Shown here in pieces: positions 21,147-31,689 of a stretch of 64,000 bases of DNA (its first letter is position 1; every line of letters starts with the position of its first letter). Origin of the DNA: an uncultured delta proteobacterium (GTDB lineage: Bacteria > Myxococcota_A > Polyangia > Polyangiales > Polyangiaceae); the NCBI GenBank assembly GCA_963806225.1, contig CAWDXG010000004.1:4256001-4320000 (forward strand), written 5' to 3'. A program made the translations under genes and the position numbers. The notes below the pieces were generated by a model. It saw only the letters and a list, made by a program, of their open reading frames with translations. It did not search any database and was not told where the DNA came from.

Positions 21147-21153
21147 GGACGGG
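20986..21153 (+). repeat. DGR variable repeat VR2
   Basis: Aligns without gaps to 20023..20190. Confidence 0.85.
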
Positions 21154-21174
21154 TTTATAGCCCGCGAACAACCC

Positions 21175-21237
21175 GGACGACTGCGCGGAAGTAGCGATTA
21201 TGTCGTCTGATTCCCGAAGGTTCGGCGCTGCTGCGCA
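21175..21237 (+). other. Degenerate dif-like element A
   Basis: ggacg-ACTGCGCGGAA-gtagcga-TTATGTCGTCT-gattcccg…gcgctgc; homologous to 41904..41963 on the minus strand. Confidence 0.45.
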
Positions 21238-21346
21238 GGCTGCAGGGACTGCTCGATGACCGCCGAGCCGTGCTCGGTTACGCTTTCGGGCGAGCGTTGG
21301 AATGCCTGGCCTTGCATGCTGAGCGTGTTCGGCTACGACGACGCGC

Positions 21347-22452
21347 CGCGCGCATCCTCGCGCTCTTGCGACGCAAGGGCGTGATCGCGGACGCCGACGA
21401 GAGTGGCAGCGGCAGCGGCAGCGGCGCGAGCGTTGTCAGCGCGGACGCGACGCTCGCCGACCAGGAGCCCGCGCTCGCCCAGCTCGCCGTCGCCTCCACG
21501 CTCGGCACCGTGCCGGCAGGCCCCGCGCTGCGCCGGCGCGATCCCATCACGCTGCGCGGCGGAGCCGAGCTCCTCCACACCAAGGCGCTCTGTGCCACCC
21601 TGGGCGGTTTGTCGCTGCACGCCTCGACCACCGCCAGCGCCACCGACGCCGCGGGAAAGGAAGCGCTCTGCAAGTACATCCTGCGGCCGCCGATCTCCCA
21701 GGAGCGCGTGCAGCTCGCTAGTGACGATCTCGTGCGTCTGGTCCTCAAGCGGCCGTTCAGTGACGGAACAGTCGTGCTCGAGATGGACCCTCTGTCCCTG
21801 CTGGCGCGACTCGCGGCGGCCGTGCATCCCCCGCGTTTCAATACGGTGAGGTACGGCGGGGTCCTCGCTGCACACAGCAAATGGAGAGCGCGCATTGTTC
21901 CGCCGCCGCCGCCGCCGGGCGACGACAAGAACGACAACGACAACGACGCGCACTGCGCGACGTGCAGCGCGAAGAAGAAGGGCAAGCCGCCCACGCATCG
22001 CTGCGGGTATCGCCCATGGCGCGAGTTGCTCCGCCGCAGCTTCAAAATCAACGTCGAGCAGTGCGAGCACTGTGGCGGCAGGATGAAGCTCCGCGCGCTG
22101 GTCGTCACCGCTGCCGGCATCGTGCGCTATTTGAAGTGGCTCGGCGAGCCCACCGAGCCGCCCACGCTCGCGCCCGCGAGGGGGCCGCCCTTCTTCAAGA
22201 GCCGCGTCATCCGCCGCCGGCTCGGAGAGCCCGTGCAGGCGGAGCTGTTCGACGCGCCCTGAACGCGCGCTCGCAAGGGCGGGGATCCGACCGGAGGCGG
22301 GGTGGTCGTGCGCGGGCGACGCGCGGGAGGCCGGACGCCCCGCCGGCGGGCATTCCGCGGAGCTCGATCGGGGCGTAGACTGTCCGGGCGAGGCCGGGAG
22401 AGTGACGTGGGGCAACCAGGAGCAACGAGCAGAGGGCGTTCATCCTACCTAC
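21347..22452 (+). mobile_element. ISCR-like copy 3, 5'-truncated transposase (to 22262) with intact ori end
   Basis: Near-identical to about 17362..18473; ends CCTACCTAC|GGGC. Confidence 0.92.
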
Positions 22453-22504
22453 GGGCCGCGCCGCCGCGCCCAGCTTCGTCGCCGCACGCTCGAAGCACGA
22501 GCGC

Positions 22505-23158
22505 TCACGGCGCAGCGTCGGGAGCACCCGCCGCGCCGCTGTCGGCGCCGCCCGCCCCCCCGTCAGCGCACGGCACCGTCTGGAACGCCGCCGAATGGCA
22601 GTCCGGCTCGACGAAGTCCGGAGCGCCGGCAATGCACGTGGCAATGCCCTGCACGTAGTCGTGGAAGACCGCCGCAAGGAGCTTCCCCTTCACCGCGTCG
22701 AAGTAGTAGCTAGTCCCGAAATCGGCGCCGTCCGCACGAAGCACATGATAGGCGCCGCAAGTGTCAGCAGACTGGAGAGAGCCGACCTTTCCCGGCGGAT
22801 ACACGGAACAGAACGCCGTCACATCGGCAGGCCAGGCCATACAGTCGCCACCCGAAGCGCACCAGTCGGGCACGCTCTCCTGGCATGCGGTCCAGCAAAC
22901 GAACCCGGGCCCATAGGGGCTGGCGTCGCAGACCGGCCCGGGGGCATCGCTGCCGATCTCGTTCCCGACATCTGCGGGCGCGTCCGTCGCATCCACGCTT
23001 CCATCCGCGCCGGAGTCCACCTGCGGAGCGTGCCCGGCGCCTTTCGACGGCTGGCATCCCGACAGGACCGCAGCGACGCAGGCAAGACCGAGGAGCACCG
23101 CGAGCATGGGATGCACGCCGCTTCGTTCGCTTTCGCTGGAATGTTCCTTGCGCGTCAT
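22505..23158 (-). CDS. Small Cys-containing lipoprotein; start uncertain
   Basis: LAVLLGLACVAAVLSGC lipobox, DAG-type linker. Confidence 0.6.
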   Translation of the reverse strand: MTRKEHSSESERSGVHPMLAVLLGLACVAAVLSGCQPSKGAGHAPQVDSGADGSVDATDAPADVGNEIGSDAPGPVCDASPYGPGFVCWTACQESVPDWCASGGDCMAWPADVTAFCSVYPPGKVGSLQSADTCGAYHVLRADGADFGTSYYFDAVKGKLLAAVFHDYVQGIATCIAGAPDFVEPDCHSAAFQTVPCADGGAGGADSGAAGAPDAAP

Positions 23159-23163
23159 GTCGC

Positions 23164-25338
23164 TCACCAGCTGTCCATGTCGGGTCGCGTGTACTCGTAC
23201 ACCGATGACTGTGCGAGCCAAGGCGACTGGCCCTTGTTCCAGTATTTGTGGTCAAGCGTCGGAGACAGGCCCGATGCCACGTCGACGTAGCCGTCCCCGC
23301 GATCGACGGCCCCCACTCCCATGGCGAGACTGTACCCCGGATTCCCCCAGCTCTCCCATCCGTAGCGAGTTCCGTGATCGTACCAGTTGTGCCACATGCT
23401 CCCGTCCGTGGTAAGTGCGAAGACTTCGATCCGGTGCGCGCCGCGCGACGCAGCGTCCACTGTAACGACGTTCCCGGTGCTCGGCGGATGACCCCAGTCG
23501 TTCCAGCCTTGGATGCCCGCCCCATCGACGTTGCTTGTGTACCCGTGCCAGACGTGCGGTGGGTCCTCGGAATGGGAAACAAAGAACACATCGGCCCAGT
23601 AGACCTCCTCCGACGCCGTGGTGGGGCGTGAATCGATGCTGATCCCGGACGGCGCCCCCCAGTCGTCCCAGCCATAGAGCGTGCCGTTCTTCAAGTGCCT
23701 GTGGTAGATGCTGCGCGCGCCCGTGGTCACATCCTGACCAACAACCACCACGTCGACGCGGCCCGCACGGTAGGAGAAGGCATCGGGGGAGTACGGGATC
23801 GTGGTATTCGACGGCCTACCCCATGCGCTGTCCCAGCCCCCGGAGGTCGGGGGCCACAGATCCATGTGGTAATGCGCGACGTTGCCGACAGTCCCGATTG
23901 CGAAGATGTCTTCGTGGCCCCTGCCCCACGCCGCGGCACCCGGCCCCCAGACGTAGTAGCCTCCCGTCTTCAGGGGATAGCCCGACAGGTGTCCCAGATT
24001 GTACACGCCTCCCCCGAAATACGGAATCCAGTCCAGGTTGCCGGCCGAGTCCACGAAGTAGTAGTCCTCGTGGTTCGGGTGCGAGATCACGCAGGCGTCG
24101 CCACCCACATCGAGATTCCTGTCGTTGCTCCAGAGGGCCGGGACTGTATAGTCGGCGGTCGGACTTTCGCCCACCGTCAGGCTGCCCGGCGTTGTCCCGA
24201 AGGAAGGCGGGGCGCATCTGTCCGCTATCTCGCAGTGGCAACCGCCCTGCCAGCCCTTGTGTTCGGGATACATCGGATCGGTGATCGACTCGGCGACCTC
24301 GTGTTCGATCACCCCGGTGGCATTGGCGGAATAGGCGGCTTCGATCCAGATGGCGTCATTGTGGCCTCCGGTGCGCGCCGTGTGATCGTGCCTCATGTAC
24401 CCCGGATCCGGAATCGATGGCGGTAGCGCGATCAGGATGATTGCGTCGTCGGGCGGGTTGAAATGGGCGACCGCAGCGTTGGTCTCGGCAACGAACTGAT
24501 CACGCGTCGGATAGCCTGCCGGGAGAGGGTCCGTTTCGTCGAACCACTCGACTCCACTGAAGAGATCGCTCGGATTGCCGGCATATTGGCCGGTGCCGTC
24601 GTCGTACTGTTCGACGGCTGCCAGCCACCTGGACCCGCCGAGATTCTGGAGAAAGTCCTTCCACTTCGGGATCTCCCCGTCAGGATCGACAGGGGGCGAA
24701 CCCCAGCCCCACCAGTCGATGTAGATCCTCGGGTGGTGCAAGACGGTCCCCGACGAGTCCATCAACACCATGTCGTTTTGACAGTCACAGTTTCCTCGAC
24801 CGCAGGCGCAGAAGTACGTCGGATTCGTGGGTTCGGTGAACGTGGACGAAAACGCCGTGGAGTCAGTTCCACCCGGGCAGCAGAAAGTCGAAAATCCATC
24901 CGTCCGGTCCTCGCCGGATCTGTCGCACGCTTGCGGGATAACGATGCGCCCCGGCCCGCACTGGATCTTCACGGGCGTCACGCCGCGACAGTTTCCGACG
25001 GGATCCCGGATCACCTTGCATTGTGCAAACTTGTCACTGCTGGGGAGGGTCGTACTTCCGGCGTCACCAGTGCCTGCGTCTGCGGCTTGAGCGAGCCCAG
25101 TGCGTTCAACGCGGGCGCTGGAATCACGGTTCCCGGCAGAGGAGCACGCGACTATCGAAAAGAGAACGCCGCATCCCAGCAGAATGCCGCCGCCGATCGC
25201 GCCGCGGCGAGCACGAAAAGGCACGCGCACAGTCCCGCGCACCAGAGCAGCGCGCGCCGTGCTATCCTGATCGCTGATCGCTGAATCGCTGAATCGCTGA
25301 ATCGCTGAATCGCTGATCGCCGACGCCTTGCCCGCCAT
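23164..25338 (-). CDS. Large secreted/lipoprotein with HEVAESITDP motif and C-terminal Trp-Gly beta-propeller repeats
   Basis: IVAC lipobox, HEVAESITDP…EIADRC, repeated WxxWG units; ATG 25338 with GGGAG. Confidence 0.65.
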   Translation of the reverse strand: MAGKASAISDSAIQRFSDSAISDQDSTARAALVRGTVRVPFRARRGAIGGGILLGCGVLFSIVACSSAGNRDSSARVERTGLAQAADAGTGDAGSTTLPSSDKFAQCKVIRDPVGNCRGVTPVKIQCGPGRIVIPQACDRSGEDRTDGFSTFCCPGGTDSTAFSSTFTEPTNPTYFCACGRGNCDCQNDMVLMDSSGTVLHHPRIYIDWWGWGSPPVDPDGEIPKWKDFLQNLGGSRWLAAVEQYDDGTGQYAGNPSDLFSGVEWFDETDPLPAGYPTRDQFVAETNAAVAHFNPPDDAIILIALPPSIPDPGYMRHDHTARTGGHNDAIWIEAAYSANATGVIEHEVAESITDPMYPEHKGWQGGCHCEIADRCAPPSFGTTPGSLTVGESPTADYTVPALWSNDRNLDVGGDACVISHPNHEDYYFVDSAGNLDWIPYFGGGVYNLGHLSGYPLKTGGYYVWGPGAAAWGRGHEDIFAIGTVGNVAHYHMDLWPPTSGGWDSAWGRPSNTTIPYSPDAFSYRAGRVDVVVVGQDVTTGARSIYHRHLKNGTLYGWDDWGAPSGISIDSRPTTASEEVYWADVFFVSHSEDPPHVWHGYTSNVDGAGIQGWNDWGHPPSTGNVVTVDAASRGAHRIEVFALTTDGSMWHNWYDHGTRYGWESWGNPGYSLAMGVGAVDRGDGYVDVASGLSPTLDHKYWNKGQSPWLAQSSVYEYTRPDMDSW
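25271..25320. repeat. Short tandem repeat (TCGCTGAA)4 flanked by 7-bp TCGCTGA units
   Basis: tcgctga tcgctgaa x4 tcgctga tcgc. Confidence 0.95.
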
Positions 25339-25603
25339 GTCCCGCTCCCTTCCGCGCCCCCAGTCCGGCGCCTGGAATGATGATGCCGGTTTCTCGGTGG
25401 AACTACAAAGGAGGATTCCGTCCGGGCGGAAGATAGGTGGGCACATGTGCGCCCGGGAGGCGCGGCGCGTCATCGAGGAAGGCCAGGCGAACCAACCTGC
25501 ATCCGCAGGGGCAACGCGGTGGCGGCAGGGGGTGGAGCGGCGCGGCGGTGGACAGGCCGGCGAAGCCGAGCCAAGCTGGGGCTGTGGCCTAACAGCTGGA
25601 AAT

Positions 25604-25631
25604 GGTTAACATAATTGTCCTTATGCGACGT
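25604..25631 (-). other. dif: XerC/XerD dif recombination site
   Basis: Minus strand ACGTCGCATAA-GGACAA-TTATGTTAACC, 11-6-11 architecture, close to E. coli GGTGCGCATAA-N6-TTATGTTAAAT; AT-rich island in high-GC DNA. Confidence 0.85.
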
Positions 25632-26240
25632 TGGCAGGCGTAGAGCCCGAGCAGCGCCGCCGCCGCCAGCGGCGCGAACGGCGCGCGGCCGACGCGCGCA
25701 CACAGCGCGCGCAGCCCGAGCGTCGCGGCGACGGCGATGGTGGGCACGACCGGCAGGGCGAAGCGGTAGAGCCCCATGAAGTCGCCGCCCACCGCCCCCA
25801 CGTAGGCCCAGAAGACGGCGCAGATGAGCCCCGTCCAGCCGAGCAGCCGCCGCACCGCGTGCCGCGAGGCGCCGCGCTGGCCGAGGCCGGCGAGGGCGAG
25901 CGCGGCCATGCCGTAGAGCCAGAAGGTGTCGATGTAGCGCCACAGGTAGTGCAACCCGCGCTGCAGGGTGCCGGCGCCGCCGGAAGACTTGATGTAATAG
26001 GTGTTGGGCAGCCACCAGCCGTAGTAGTGGTGGCGCCACAGCACGTGCGGCACCACCAGCGCGAGGTAGATCGCCACCCACAGAAGCTCGTCGCGCCGCG
26101 GCACGAACCGCCGCCGCCGGATCATCCCGAGGCAGCGGTGCGCGCACGCGAGCGCGAAGAAGAGGTTCCCCTCGGGGCGGGTGAGCGCGGCGAGGCCGAA
26201 GGCGACCGCCGCCCAGCGGCGCAGCGGCGCGGCGAGCGGG
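25632..26240 (-). pseudogene. Internal fragment of a GT-C/AftB-like membrane glycosyltransferase
   Basis: LTRPEG…PNTYYIK…GGDFMGLYRFALP; cut at dif and lacks an N-terminus. Confidence 0.6.
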
Positions 26241-26367
26241 TCGTCGGCGGCCGGCGGCGGCCTGGTCGGCTCGCCGGCGTGAAGGGCTGATGCAGTTGCC
26301 CCGCGCTCTGCACGTCGCTCGACGGTGCGGCGCGCGAACGCGCGCGCCGCGGGCCCGCCAAGGCCGA

Positions 26368-27413
26368 CTATGAGGCGGCACCAACGTCAACCGTTTCTGT
26401 GTTTTTTCTCTAGGCATTTTCGCGTTTGGTTCGTCATTGGGTCGGGAGGAGCCACTCGCACGGGCAGTTCTCCCCCCTCTCCGTCGCTATGGACGGCGTG
26501 GAAATCGGGCGCCGGGGCTTGCGGTGGCAGCTACGAGGTGTTGTCGGTCGACTATTCGCGCTCGGTGAGGGCCGGCATGTGTTTGCCATTGTGGCCCGGC
26601 GGCGCAGTTTGGGGTTCGAAGAGGAGGCGGGGCGCAGTCTGACGCACACAGGCTGCTCAGTGCGGCGTGAATGACCGTCCTGAGGGCACCGGCCTTGTCG
26701 CGCTCACCGACCACCAACTTGACCGCTCTGCTGTCGCGCTTTGCGGCGCTGGTTTCTGGGGGGAAGACCTACTGGATCTTGCTCACCTCCATTGTCTTTG
26801 GCGGCCGTGCGCGGTGCCGCCGGAATTTCGCTGCCGCGCGCTCGAGCGCTGCCGCACGGAGTTCGGTGTCCTGTGCAGCCTTGCGCAAACCGCGTGCTCC
26901 GGCGCGGGCTGCAAGCTCGGGGTCGTAGATGGTGCCGTCGCGCCACATGGCCCACAGCACTCCCGAGAGGCGGCGCGCCAGTGCAATCACGGCGATGCGC
27001 TTGCCCCGGCGCTCGGCGATGGCCAGTGCCCAGCGCTGCAGCGGGTCGGTCCGACCGGGCTGGCGCAGCATGACCCAGGCCGACTGCACCAGCAGCGCGC
27101 GCAGGTAGCTGTTGCCGTGCTTGCTGATCGCGCCCAGCCGACGCTTGCCGCCGGTCGTATCTTCGCTAGGCACGAGCCCCAGGTAGGACTCCACCTGGTG
27201 GGCGTTGCCAAACCGGCCGGCTTCGTCGATCACCGAGACGAACTGCGCCGCAACGATCAGACCGACACCCGGCACGGTGCCGAGCTGGGAGACAATGGGC
27301 TCGCGTGCGCAGAGCTCTTGCAGTTGCTGCTCGACGGCAGCGAGCTGTTGCTGAAGCGGACCCAGCACAGCCAGCAGAGGGTCGATGGCTGCCTGGACCT
27401 TCTCGTCGAGCGC
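26368..27413 (-). mobile_element. IS110-family (IS1111-like) element, 5'-truncated; transposase C-terminus 26769..27413 plus about 400-bp 3' non-coding end
   Basis: TVPGVG…YLGLVPSEDTTGG…ISKHGNSYLRALLVQSAW…IALARRL; outward TTGACG about 15 bp from …GCCTCATAG. Confidence 0.85.
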
Positions 27414-28052
27414 CGGCGGCCGTGCATCCCCCGCGTTTCAATACGGTGAGGTACGGCGGGGTCCTCGCTGCACACAGCAAATGGAGAGCGCGCATTGTTC
27501 CGCCGCCGCCGCCGCCGGGCGACGACAAGAACGACAACGACAACGACGCGCACTGCGCGACGTGCAGCGCGAAGAAGAAGGGCAAGCCGCCCACGCATCG
27601 CTGCGGGTATCGCCCATGGCGCGAGTTGCTCCGCCGCAGCTTCAAAATCGACGTCGAGCAGTGCGAGCACTGTGGCGGCAGGATGAAGCTCCGCGCGCTG
27701 GTCGTCACCGCTGCCGGCATCGTGCGCTATTTGAAGTGGCTCGGCGAGCCCACCGAGCCGCCCACGCTCGCGCCCGCGAGGGGGCCGCCCTTCTTCAAGA
27801 GCCGCGTCATCCGCCGCCGGCTCGGAGAGCCCGTGCAGGCGGAGCTGTTCGACGCGCCCTGAACGCGCGCTCGCAAGGGCGGGGATCCGACCGGAGGCGG
27901 GGTGGTCGTGCGCGGGCGACGCGCGGGAGGCCGGACGCCCCGCCGGCGGGCATTCCGCGGAGCTCGATCGGGGCGTAGACTGTCCGGGCGAGGCCGGGAG
28001 AGTGACGTGGGGCAACCAGGAGCAACGAGCAGAGGGCGTTCATCCTACCTAC
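27414..28052 (+). mobile_element. ISCR-like copy 4, short 3' fragment with intact ori end
   Basis: Starts CGGC, near-identical to the 3' part of copy 3; ends CCTACCTAC|CGGC. Confidence 0.92.
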
Positions 28053-28086
28053 CGGCCGCGCGTTGGCCAGCCGCGCGCAGTCTCGC

Positions 28087-29064
28087 TCATCTCGATGGGT
28101 CGGCGCAGCAACGGAAGCCAAGTCCGACAGCAACTTGCTCCATGGACGGGAAACCGACGCTCTCGGCGCAGCCCAGCGTCTGGTCCCATGCCGTTCCGCT
28201 GGAAACGCAACCTTCGCCCGGCACGCTGCACATGTTCTGCCACTCTGCAACGCTGCCGCTCACGTCGTACACGCGATCGAAGGGCCCAGTGGTGCCGCGA
28301 CACTGACGATCAGCAGTGTCCGTCACGTCGAGGGCGCCTGCACCGTGCTGCTGCACCCAGGTCTGGTCGATGCAGCGGCCGGGTTGGTAGGTGTTGCCGT
28401 AGGGGTAGGTCGTCTTTCCCTGCTGGGTGCATGCGTTCATGAATTCGCTCTGCGGGCTCTCGGCAACGGTCTTGACGAAGGTTCCCCACTGCTGCGGGGT
28501 CAGCTTCGACTGGTTGTCGATGCGTTCGGAGCCCTTGCCCACCCGGCCGCAAAGCCGCTTGCCTGCCCACTCGCAGTAGGCGAGTGCATCGCAGAAGTCG
28601 ACGCAGCCGACGGCCTGGTTCGGGCGCATGCTGTTCCAGTCCGCCTCCCGGCAGAAGAACGGCGTGCCCGGCTGGGTGTCGGCGTCAGCGGTCTGCAGCG
28701 CGGGCGTGAAGCTGGTGTTCCAGGAGCACGCGCTGGGCTGGCCCGAGGTATCCCCGGCCCTCGCCTTGACGAACGCATCGTACTCGGCGCGCGTCGTCTC
28801 GCGGACGTCCATGCAGTACTTCGAGCCGTCGGGAGCCGGCAGCAGCACCATGGCGGGGCCTTCGCCGGACGGGCACTCCGGTCCTGAAGCTACCCCGCCC
28901 GCGCCGTCAGCTGTGCTGCCCGGCGCGGGTTCGGGTGAAACGGACGTCTCCTCCTTGCACGCGCCGGCGGTCGCCAGCGTCACGGCCACGATGGCCAGCC
29001 AGGGCGGTGCACGTCCGATCCAAGAATGTCCTGTCGGGGATTTCATCACAACACCTCCATCCAT
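28087..29064 (-). CDS. FGE-sulfatase lipoprotein, copy B
   Basis: Same translation as 13058..14035. Confidence 0.85.
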   Translation of the reverse strand: MDGGVVMKSPTGHSWIGRAPPWLAIVAVTLATAGACKEETSVSPEPAPGSTADGAGGVASGPECPSGEGPAMVLLPAPDGSKYCMDVRETTRAEYDAFVKARAGDTSGQPSACSWNTSFTPALQTADADTQPGTPFFCREADWNSMRPNQAVGCVDFCDALAYCEWAGKRLCGRVGKGSERIDNQSKLTPQQWGTFVKTVAESPQSEFMNACTQQGKTTYPYGNTYQPGRCIDQTWVQQHGAGALDVTDTADRQCRGTTGPFDRVYDVSGSVAEWQNMCSVPGEGCVSSGTAWDQTLGCAESVGFPSMEQVAVGLGFRCCADPSR

Positions 29065-31404
29065 GGGTCGCCGAACGTGCGGCTATGCTCGGTTTGGAAC
29101 CCGCTGCTCGAAGTGAGCCAGCGCACGATGCCCTGGTCCGGATCGACGATCAGCAGGTCGTTCAGACCGTCCCCGTCCATGTCGGACACGCTGTAGACAG
29201 CTGTCCGACGGCGTTGGGCTCCGGCGGTCGTGTCCAGGACGTGCTCCGCGCCGCTGCAGTCGGACCAAGTCGTGTTCTTCTCGTACAGCGTGAACGGCCA
29301 TCCGCTATAGCTTCCGCCGTCGAACATGAACATGTCGGACTGGCCATCGCCGTTCCAGTCTATCCCGCCAATCGGTGCCGAGTCGGGGGTTCCCAGTATA
29401 CAGCCGCCGGTCACGCTCGCGGAGGACACCGGATTCATCATCATGTTCCACGTGCCGTCCTGCGGATAGAAGACGACGGCGGACAGTCGCGATTTCAGCG
29501 AATACCACGACCCATTCCAGCACCATCGAACGTAGCGCTGGCCCGCCACGGGCACCACGCCGGCGACATCCGTGAGGCTGCCGTTCATGTGCGGGATGAA
29601 GTTGGTCGAGAACTGTCGCGTGATCATCTGGGATGCGTCCCAGTTCTGCATCGAGCCTACCAGCTTGAACTGCGCCGTCATCGGCTCGTAGACGGCCAGA
29701 TCCGCCTCGTCGTCGCAGTCGTACTGCCCTGGCAGCGGGACGGCGCCAGAATCTGCGCTGGAGATGGTCACCTTCGTGTAGTTCGACCAGGATAGTTCCT
29801 TGAAGTAGTAGGCGCCGTTGGAAGGCCGGTACACGGCCAGTGCGTCGGGGGCCGAGCCGTCGAAATCGAGGCCGGGCTCGGGCGCGTCCTCACGCCACCC
29901 GAACTGGGTCACGGTTGGGCTCGAGCAGCTGGTGGTGGGGCACCAGCGCCAGTAGCCAGCATGATCGGTTGGGTCGTCGCGGTTGATGCCGCCGCCGGGC
30001 TGGTAGACGGCGAGATCTGTATGCCCGTCGCCTGTGTAGTCCGCCGGGACGGGCGTGTCCCCCAGCCCGCCGAAGGCCACGTCGATGTCCTGTCCGGAGA
30101 CCTGGCTGTAGCCATTGCCGCTCAGCAGCACGATGAACTCGCCGCTCACACCCAGCGTCTTCGGCGGGATCCAGACCCCGATATCGCGCAGGCCGTCGCC
30201 ATCGAAGTCCAGCTTGGCGCCCGGCTGCCGCTGGCGCCAGCTGCCGAGACGCGTGCGAAGACCGCCAGTGGTGGGCACCGGGTAGTTGAAGCCATCGTAG
30301 ATTGCGTTGTAGTTGGCCGTCGTGAACTGCTGTTCCCAGCGCAGGAACTTGCGCACGATCTCGACCTGCGAGTCGCTGATGTTCTTGGGCCGCGCCGCCG
30401 TGTTGCTGGTGTAGGCCATGATGTTCTCGCCGTAGTCGGCATTGCCTTGCGGAAAGCTCAGGCCCTTCAAACCCGCGTGGCCGGTCTGGAGGGTCTCGTA
30501 GTAGGTTGCGGAGGCCCCGACCCTGCAGGTCATGATGCCGGCCGCGCCGATGCTGCAGTTGTCTGCGTCTCCGGGAGTGGCTCTGGACGGCCTGTTGTTG
30601 ATCAAGCGGAGGGAACCCTCGTCGGCTTCCGCTTGGCCGAGATCGTCGTAGTACTTGTTCGGATTGGCGGGGCTGGTGCCCCACTTGTAGACCAGGTCCC
30701 AACGGTCGGAACGCTTCCAGGGCTGCTGCGTGCTCGGGTCATTGTGGTCGTTGAACTGGAAGGTATGCGCCAGGCCGAGGAAGTGCCCGATCTCGTGGGC
30801 GGCGTAGTAGGGGTGGTAGGCGAGAGGCGGCTCGTTCCAGATGCAGCTGCGGCCCTCCGAGGGGAAATTGCAGGTGTTGTCTCCGTACGCCTGCTTGAGC
30901 CAGACCGTAATCTCGTTGGGCTCCGCGTAGACGGCGGCGACGGCGCGGAGCCAGTCTGGTTTGCTCTTCTGCTTTCCGGCAAGCCACGCGTCTGTCGGCG
31001 CGCCGGGAAACGGTGTTGCTGCGTTCGGATTGTGGGCAAGCTCTGCTTCAACCGAGCTCCAAGAATGCGGGCTGCCCCAAGGTGTCATGTCGTAGAAATC
31101 CGGCATCACGTACGACTCGACCGAGCGGATCCAGAACTGCACGCCGGCCGCCTTCCATATCTGGTTCGCGTCCTGGACGTTCAGCAGCAGAGCCTGCGGC
31201 ATTGTCGCACGCGCTCGGGCTGTCCAGCATGCGGATGAAGCGGACCGGGATGATCCGTTCCGACCCGTTCGCGCTCAGGCTCTGGTGCGTCGTGCGAGTG
31301 CTACTCCCGAGCTGGTTAGGCCGGCTGGACGCGTTCCCGCAGCCGCAGGCGGTCAACGCCATCATGGAACTTCCGACTCCCAATCCCGCGACCCACCTCA
31401 TCAT
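29046..31404 (-). pseudogene. Metallopeptidase/FG-GAP lipoprotein, copy B, same frameshift near 31204
   Basis: Differs from copy A at S/G and N/D residues. Confidence 0.75.
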
Positions 31405-31689
31405 GAAAGCCTGCGCCCCCCCCCCCCCGGAGTTGTCAAGCGCATCTGCCGGGTTTCTGCGAGGGGGAGGGCGACGGAGTCGTCGACCAGGGCTTCGAGC
31501 GCGATGGGATCGCCGAGAGGGCGAAGCCGACGCCCGTTGCGCGCGCGCTCTGCGTCACTTGACGGAGCCGAGCGCGTCGCGCTGGCGGCCGCCACCGGCG
31601 GACCGCCGTGTCGCCACCCCGCCGCGCGCACGAAATAGCGCTAATCACCGCTCCGCCGTGCCGGCACGCCGCTTGCGCAGGCGCGCGGT

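Noticed and set aside
20986..21153. VR2 as the template repeat for VR1 (or the reverse)
   Set aside because: Mismatches include non-A versus non-A pairs, and both lie in intact ORFs
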